Shown here: positions 58,851 through 64,000 of the stretch, in pieces
How positions within the stretch are numbered: position 1 is the stretch's first letter
Layout: every line of letters starts with the position of its first letter
Source of the DNA: an uncultured delta proteobacterium
Lineage (GTDB): Bacteria > Desulfobacterota > BSN033 > UBA1163
Assembly: GCA_963827685.1 (NCBI GenBank)
Contig: CAWHBU010000001.1
Location: forward strand, 192,001-256,000
Length of the DNA stretch: 64,000 nt
Direction of reading: 5' to 3'
Program-made: the position numbers and the translations under genes
Notes under the pieces: generated by a model
Seen by the model: the letters and a program-made list of their open reading frames with translations, nothing else
Database searches by the model: none
What the model was told of the DNA's origin: nothing

Positions 58851-60236
58851 TTATTCCATCTTTTCCAGGATCTTTTGAAAGGGCCTTATCATTTGCTCCT
58901 TTATTCTCTTACGATAGATTTCTCTTCTCATCGAGGGGATCTTAGTGAGAAGAATTAAAATGGAGTTGATCACACGGGCCTTGTATTTCCGGTGAGGAAA
59001 ATCATAGAGACGGTGTTTTTTGTAGAACTGATGATCTGCCTGGAAGGGAAACCGGAGTTTTCCCCAAACATCATCCCTAAGAACCTTCATTCCGCCGACT
59101 CCCAGAAAGGTGATTGGTTTCTTGTAGTTCTTCTCAGCAAGATGAACGACTCGTTGAGCCAAAGATTGGAGGCGGGCATCTAACTCTTTGGCATTACCAA
59201 CTTCATCCGTGACGATGTCGACAAGGTTGGCCTGTTGCCATTCGGCATAGGCTTCTAAGATCTGCCGGAGGTTAGGGATTTGTCTTAAAGGACCGGAGAG
59301 AATCACTCCGACCTGTTTTCCCGTTAGGGAAGGGGTATGAGTGTGAAAGAAACTTCTGTCGAAAAACATCTTCCATCTGGAGGATAAATACCTGTCCTGA
59401 ATTGTCCCTGTGAAAATTAGGATATCCGCGGCTTTCACTTGATCTTTATAAAATTGAACATATTCATCCTGATCCCCGTAGGAACACTGATAATCGTAAC
59501 CGCATTGAATACAGCCTAAGCACCCACCCTTTATGTCAAGATGGTGGAGATTGGTCACGTTTACCTCCTCGACAAAGGAGTTTCTGAATCTCTCGATCAT
59601 CTTACCTAAATTGGTCTGAGGGCCTTTCAGGTCCGTAAGGATCAGCACCCTTTTCCCCCGGATACTTACCTTCTGTCCCGCAGAACCCGGAACGTAATCA
59701 AAGGCCTGATCGAGAATCGGGGAGAATCTTTTTGCGGTGGGCGCATGGGTTTGAATCCCTTCGAAGAATTCGGAGGCAAAAAGGATCCATTTTTCTCTCC
59801 CCTTTCCACTCAACAGATCGTACATGGCGGCTGAGAAAGACCCAAAATATTTCATATCCAGATCATCGCAAATCGCATTCATGTAATTGTGAGCGGTGTG
59901 GTCGAAGAAATGAATGGAGGTCGATAACACGGCGGTATATTTATTCTTAAAAACATCCGCTGTCTCTCTCTCCCAGATGAGCTCAATGAACCGCTTATAT
60001 TGGGAGGGGACGAGAAGATAATAGAGGGGGAAAGCCCAGAGCACCCCATCAGAGGATTTTATTTCCTCCATGACTTCTCGGAAGGTCTTTTCTTCCCTTT
60101 CCATTCCCCTGATCTGCTGGGCCACGTTGAAGATCTTCAATTCATGCTGAGGAAACTTCTTCTGAATGAAATGGACATACTGCAAGGTGACGCTCAAGTC
60201 ACCTTTAGGGCTTCCGTTGAGTACGATTATTTTCAT
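58851..60236 (-). CDS. Tandem flavodoxin-fold / iron-sulfur flavoprotein
   Basis: NGSPKG; second domain with CLGCIQC....QC. Confidence 0.85.
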   Translation of the reverse strand: MKIIVLNGSPKGDLSVTLQYVHFIQKKFPQHELKIFNVAQQIRGMEREEKTFREVMEEIKSSDGVLWAFPLYYLLVPSQYKRFIELIWERETADVFKNKYTAVLSTSIHFFDHTAHNYMNAICDDLDMKYFGSFSAAMYDLLSGKGREKWILFASEFFEGIQTHAPTAKRFSPILDQAFDYVPGSAGQKVSIRGKRVLILTDLKGPQTNLGKMIERFRNSFVEEVNVTNLHHLDIKGGCLGCIQCGYDYQCSYGDQDEYVQFYKDQVKAADILIFTGTIQDRYLSSRWKMFFDRSFFHTHTPSLTGKQVGVILSGPLRQIPNLRQILEAYAEWQQANLVDIVTDEVGNAKELDARLQSLAQRVVHLAEKNYKKPITFLGVGGMKVLRDDVWGKLRFPFQADHQFYKKHRLYDFPHRKYKARVINSILILLTKIPSMRREIYRKRIKEQMIRPFQKILEKME

Positions 60237-60377
60237 CGTGAGATCCTTTCAATTCTGAATAAACCATGAAACGGGCATTCGCAATCGAATTCCTTTCCCT
60301 CCCAAAAACTCATGCCCATCCTCTCAATTTCTCACCAAACCTACCTTATTCTACAATAATGTTATCCTCTAGGAAAC

Positions 60378-61241
60378 TTACTTGTAATTTAAAGCCTTTT
60401 TCCGAAGGGCAACTAAAATTCCAGCAAAGATCGAAATTCCTCCTAAAATCTTCCAGACCGTCAGCCCTTCTCCAAGAATGAGGTAGGCAAGGATAGTTGA
60501 CCCGATGGGTTCTCCTAAAATTGTTATCGCCACCATCGAGACTGGAAGATATTTAAGGGCCCAGTTGAAGGTGGTGTGGCCAATCAATTGAGGGACCAGG
60601 GCGAGGAGAAAGAGATAGAAATAGGTAGACGATGAATATCCGAAAAAGGGTTTTTGAAAAATAAGGGAAAGGAGAATCAGGATCAATCCAGCCGTTGAAT
60701 AGACAGGGAAGATATAAGAGAAAAGATCCTGCTCCTTTCTCATTTTTCTTCCCACAAGCAAGTATCCGGATGCAGCCATAGCCCCTAAAAGGGCAAACCC
60801 ATCTCCCATCAAGGCCTCTTTCGAAAGGGTCATGTCTCCATAGCTGATCAATCCACTCCCTAAAACCGAGAGAACGATCCCTAATATTAAATTCAACCCA
60901 AGTCGTTCCTTTAAAAAGACCAAGCCTCCGATACCAACAAAAATGGGGTGGGTAGTGACTAAAACCACAGAACTGGCCACAGAGGTGTATTTCAGAGAGG
61001 TTATCCAGAGGGCAAAGTGGAGGCTTAGGAGGAGGCCGGAGAGAAGAAACCATCCCAATGTGTTCCTCTCCCATCCTCTCCAGGTTTTCTTATAATAAGC
61101 GGAAGGGGATAGCATCAGGGAAGCAAGCATGAGCCGGTACGTGGCGATGATCAGCACCGGCGCATCGCAGAGCTTGATGAAAATCGAAGCCGTAGAGATA
61201 GCTATGATCCCAATAAGAAGAAATATACAAAGGCGAACCAT
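60378..61241 (-). CDS. DMT (EamA) family transporter
   Basis: 10 TM segments; HFALWITSL.YTSVASS, GHT.FNWAL, EPIG. Confidence 0.9.
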   Translation of the reverse strand: MVRLCIFLLIGIIAISTASIFIKLCDAPVLIIATYRLMLASLMLSPSAYYKKTWRGWERNTLGWFLLSGLLLSLHFALWITSLKYTSVASSVVLVTTHPIFVGIGGLVFLKERLGLNLILGIVLSVLGSGLISYGDMTLSKEALMGDGFALLGAMAASGYLLVGRKMRKEQDLFSYIFPVYSTAGLILILLSLIFQKPFFGYSSSTYFYLFLLALVPQLIGHTTFNWALKYLPVSMVAITILGEPIGSTILAYLILGEGLTVWKILGGISIFAGILVALRKKALNYK

Positions 61242-61327
61242 GTCAACTAATTTATCGCAATCAGAAATGATCTTCAAGAGCCCTTGCGATCCTCCCACCC
61301 CAAGGAGCCTGCGTTAGAATCCCTATT

Positions 61328-61550
61328 CGTCATTGCGAGCGATCCCGCCTGAGCGGGAGAACGTGCCTGCACGCCGGAGTGCCTTCCTCAAGCGAAACGC
61401 TTTGTGCAGATAAATGTTTCGGCACGCAGGCGTGCCTGCGCGCTGAAGCGCTCCGGCGCGCAAGCGTGGCAATCTCTTTGGTTTGATTCGTTGTGAGATT
61501 GCTTCGGTCGTTTCCTGCCTGCCGCAGGCAGGCACTCCCTCGCAATGACG
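61328..61550. repeat. Compound palindromic repeat with nested hairpins
   Basis: Ends CGTCATTGCGAG / CTCGCAATGACG; inner GCAATCTC..GAGATTGC; several nested inverted repeats. Confidence 0.75.
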
Positions 61551-61701
61551 TTGTGGCGCGGTCTCAAGGGAGCAAGTTGACAGGTGGATGAAAAGGTGAT
61601 ATTTTTTTCGATAGCCTCGGTTAAGTGATTCGTGAAAGGTTTAAACATTAAGGGTTATGCGTTGAGCGTTCTCGTTGAGGCATTGAAAAAAGAATTTTAT
61701 T

Positions 61702-62697
61702 ATGTCAAAAAAACTATACTTCATTTCGATCCTATTACTCATTATCTCCCCTGCCATCTCCTTTGCCCAGGAAAAAACATCTAAGAAGATAATACCAAGA
61801 ATCGGCGTCACTCAGACCGTCTCCTATCCAGATTTCGACGCAGACGCCAAGGGGTTTGAGAAGGCTCTCGCCGAAGCTGGCTTTAAAGAAGGCATCCATG
61901 TTATTTATGACCGGCAAAGTGCACAAGGAGATGTAAGTCAAACGCAGACCATTGCCCATAAGTTCTTAAATGATGATGTGGATCTGATCCACAGCATTGC
62001 TACGCCCTCTTCACGGGCGGTGATAAAGATCATCAAAGATATTCCTATTGTCTTCTCCTCTGTGACTGACCCTGTCTATGCTGGACTCATATCTAAGAAA
62101 AGCCCCCTGGGAACAAAAACCCGAACAAATGTTACCGGCGTCAGTGATCGATGGCCTGTGACGCTACAGTTTGAGATGTATACCAAGTTTTTCCCCAGGG
62201 CAAAAAAGTGGGGAACGATTTATAGCGCGGGAGATCCCAGATCCATTCTTTATATTAGAGAGATGCGTGAAGCTGCCAAGAAGCTGAAAGTGGAACTGAT
62301 CGAAGTAACAATCTCCAGTAGCGATGAGGCCCTGCCCGCTGCTCAATTTCTTGCAGGAAAAGCTCAGACCATTTTTATCACCTACGATCATATCGCCCTC
62401 TCTTCTTTTGATGACATCGTGAAGGCCTGTAAGGAAAAGAAAATCCCTCTCTTTGGGGGTGATCTCAAATGCGTCACAAAAGGTGCGATGGCTGCTTATG
62501 GATGGGATTATTTTCAAATCGGCTATGCTGCAGGGAGGAAGGCTGTTCGGATTCTAAGGGGGGAGAAACCGGGAGACATTCCTTGGGAACTTGGAGGAAA
62601 ATTGGTTCTCTTGATCAACGAGAAAGCCGCCAAGGCCCAAGGAGCCATTGTCCCTCCTGAGCTATTGAAAAGGGCAGATAAGATCGTCCAGGAATAG
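61702..62697 (+). CDS. ABC transporter substrate-binding protein (DUF534/TrpX-like), orphan
   Basis: Signal peptide; DLIHSIATP, PIVFSSVTDP, NVTGVSD. Confidence 0.88.
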   Translation: MSKKLYFISILLLIISPAISFAQEKTSKKIIPRIGVTQTVSYPDFDADAKGFEKALAEAGFKEGIHVIYDRQSAQGDVSQTQTIAHKFLNDDVDLIHSIATPSSRAVIKIIKDIPIVFSSVTDPVYAGLISKKSPLGTKTRTNVTGVSDRWPVTLQFEMYTKFFPRAKKWGTIYSAGDPRSILYIREMREAAKKLKVELIEVTISSSDEALPAAQFLAGKAQTIFITYDHIALSSFDDIVKACKEKKIPLFGGDLKCVTKGAMAAYGWDYFQIGYAAGRKAVRILRGEKPGDIPWELGGKLVLLINEKAAKAQGAIVPPELLKRADKIVQE

Positions 62698-62818
62698 ACC
62701 GGATATGAAGCACCCATCACCCAATAAATTCCAATAACCAAAATTTCTTAGATTATGTTTGATCAATGGTGATTATCTGGTTACTGGTGTCGTGAATCAT
62801 AAGTCCCTTTCTTTTATT

Positions 62819-62885
62819 CGTCATTCCGGGGTTGACCCGGAATCCAGTGATTTTCATCTGGATTCCTGCTTTCGCGGGAATGACG
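62819..62885. repeat. GTCATTCC...GGAATGAC palindromic repeat
   Basis: cgtcattccggggttgacccggaatccag...ctggattcctgctttcgcgggaatgacg. Confidence 0.75.
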
Positions 62886-63021
62886 GCCTCGGAATCAGTG
62901 TAAAGAAGTGTTAGATTCACTACACTAGGATTTCGTTATTGAAGTTTATTTCTTGGGGTGGATGGCTTGATGATTTGTTGCACTTAATATTAACAATTCT
63001 CGGTTCTTGTAAGGAGCTCCG

Positions 63022-63903
63022 ATGATCTCAATCGATGGAAAACGATGCAATTTATGCGGCCTCTGTGTTCCAGTCTGTGTCAGGGGGATATTGAAAGAGA
63101 GGGATAAGGGAGTGGTGGTTACGGAGCCAGAGTTGTGTATCTTCTGCGGACATTGTAGAGCCGTCTGCCCGACGGATGCACCGAGTTTCTCTCACCTCAA
63201 TGAGAATGAATTTGAGCCTGTCCTAAAGGGGGATAAACTTCCCGATCCATCCGAGTTTCTCAGGTTTCTTCGTCGACGTCGGAGCACAAGGGTTTATAAG
63301 AAAAAGCCAGTGGAAATTGAGAAACTAAGGATGATCTTGGAAGCAGGCCGATTTGCTCCGACAGGAGGAAATCGGCAGCCCTGCGAGTATATGGTCGTCA
63401 GAGGTAGAGAACTTTTGAATCAGGCATCCACATTGACAATTCAGACTTTAGGTAGGATAGGAGAATTGGTGAAAGAGGCCTTCCGCAGGCATGATCAATT
63501 GGGAGAGCCTTTACCCGAGGAATTCATCCCCATTCAAAATTATCCACTGGTTTGGGAACGGATTGCGAAAAAATGGGAAGAAGGGGTGGACCCGATCTTC
63601 TATCATGCTCCTGCGCTGATCCTGATTCAAACGAAACGGGGCGCAACGACGAGCGCTGACGTGGATGCGGGTCTCTCAGCGATGCACATGATCTTGATGG
63701 CTGAAACGATGGGCTTGGGGACTTGTCTCAATGGTTTCTTGGTCACTGCGCTCAAGAATTCGGAAGAGTTGAGAGGGGTACTGAAAATTCCTGACGATCA
63801 TCAGGTTCATGTGACATTCACCGTAGGCTATCCGGATGTTGAGTTCCTTCAAACGGTGGCACGGAATCCGGTGAATGTAAAATGGCTGGGCGAACCTGCA
63901 TAG
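63022..63903 (+). CDS. Nitroreductase with N-terminal 2x[4Fe-4S] domain
   Basis: CNLCGLCVPVC, CIFCGHCRAVCP; RRSTRVY, APTGGNRQ, GLGTC, VGYP. Confidence 0.92.
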   Translation: MISIDGKRCNLCGLCVPVCVRGILKERDKGVVVTEPELCIFCGHCRAVCPTDAPSFSHLNENEFEPVLKGDKLPDPSEFLRFLRRRRSTRVYKKKPVEIEKLRMILEAGRFAPTGGNRQPCEYMVVRGRELLNQASTLTIQTLGRIGELVKEAFRRHDQLGEPLPEEFIPIQNYPLVWERIAKKWEEGVDPIFYHAPALILIQTKRGATTSADVDAGLSAMHMILMAETMGLGTCLNGFLVTALKNSEELRGVLKIPDDHQVHVTFTVGYPDVEFLQTVARNPVNVKWLGEPA

Positions 63904-63958
63904 GAATTCTGAATCTGTACTTCAGATTGAATACATATCTTACAGAAAGGAGTGAAAG

Positions 63959-64000
63959 ATGCCTATTGTTCAGATCAGCTTGGTTCCAGGGAGGACTCCG
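63959..64000 (+). CDS. 4-oxalocrotonate tautomerase family protein (start only)
   Basis: RBS AAAGGAG; MPIVQISLVPGRTP with Pro after the initiator Met. Confidence 0.7.
   Translation, partial: MPIVQISLVPGRTP

Noticed and set aside
61323-61648. Three short minus-strand ORFs
   Set aside because: They are translations of the palindromic repeat, with no RBS or motif

Overview
64 kb of a bacterial chromosome, probably an anaerobic Desulfobacterota/deltaproteobacterium-like organism (inferred from gene content only). It starts in the origin-linked yidC-jag-mnmE cluster with two perfect parS palindromes. It continues through accessory redox, oxygen-defence and metal genes: a Rieske/cytochrome b-c fusion, cydAB, a Tat-signal SOD, four ferritin-like proteins, rubredoxins, a P1B ATPase, a pentaheme cytochrome, and a 4-subunit 2-oxoacid:ferredoxin oxidoreductase whose beta subunit carries a cytochrome b5 domain. 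Also present are a complete IS4-family element with a 9-bp target duplication, two sigma54 promoters and an NtrC-type activator, two RND efflux loci (one apparently replacing the interior of an mdtAB-like operon), and many intergenic hepta/octamer and palindromic repeats. The main signals missed by the ORF track are (1) a 53-aa membrane protein with an in-frame UGA and SECIS-like hairpin (candidate selenoprotein), (2) a 41-bp operator-like motif shared by three distant promoters, one split by the IS, (3) three frameshifted genes including a G9 tract in the multiheme cytochrome, and (4) an unlisted rubredoxin and zinc-ribbon microproteins. No rRNA, tRNA or CRISPR array was seen. All family names come from motif recognition, not database searches.
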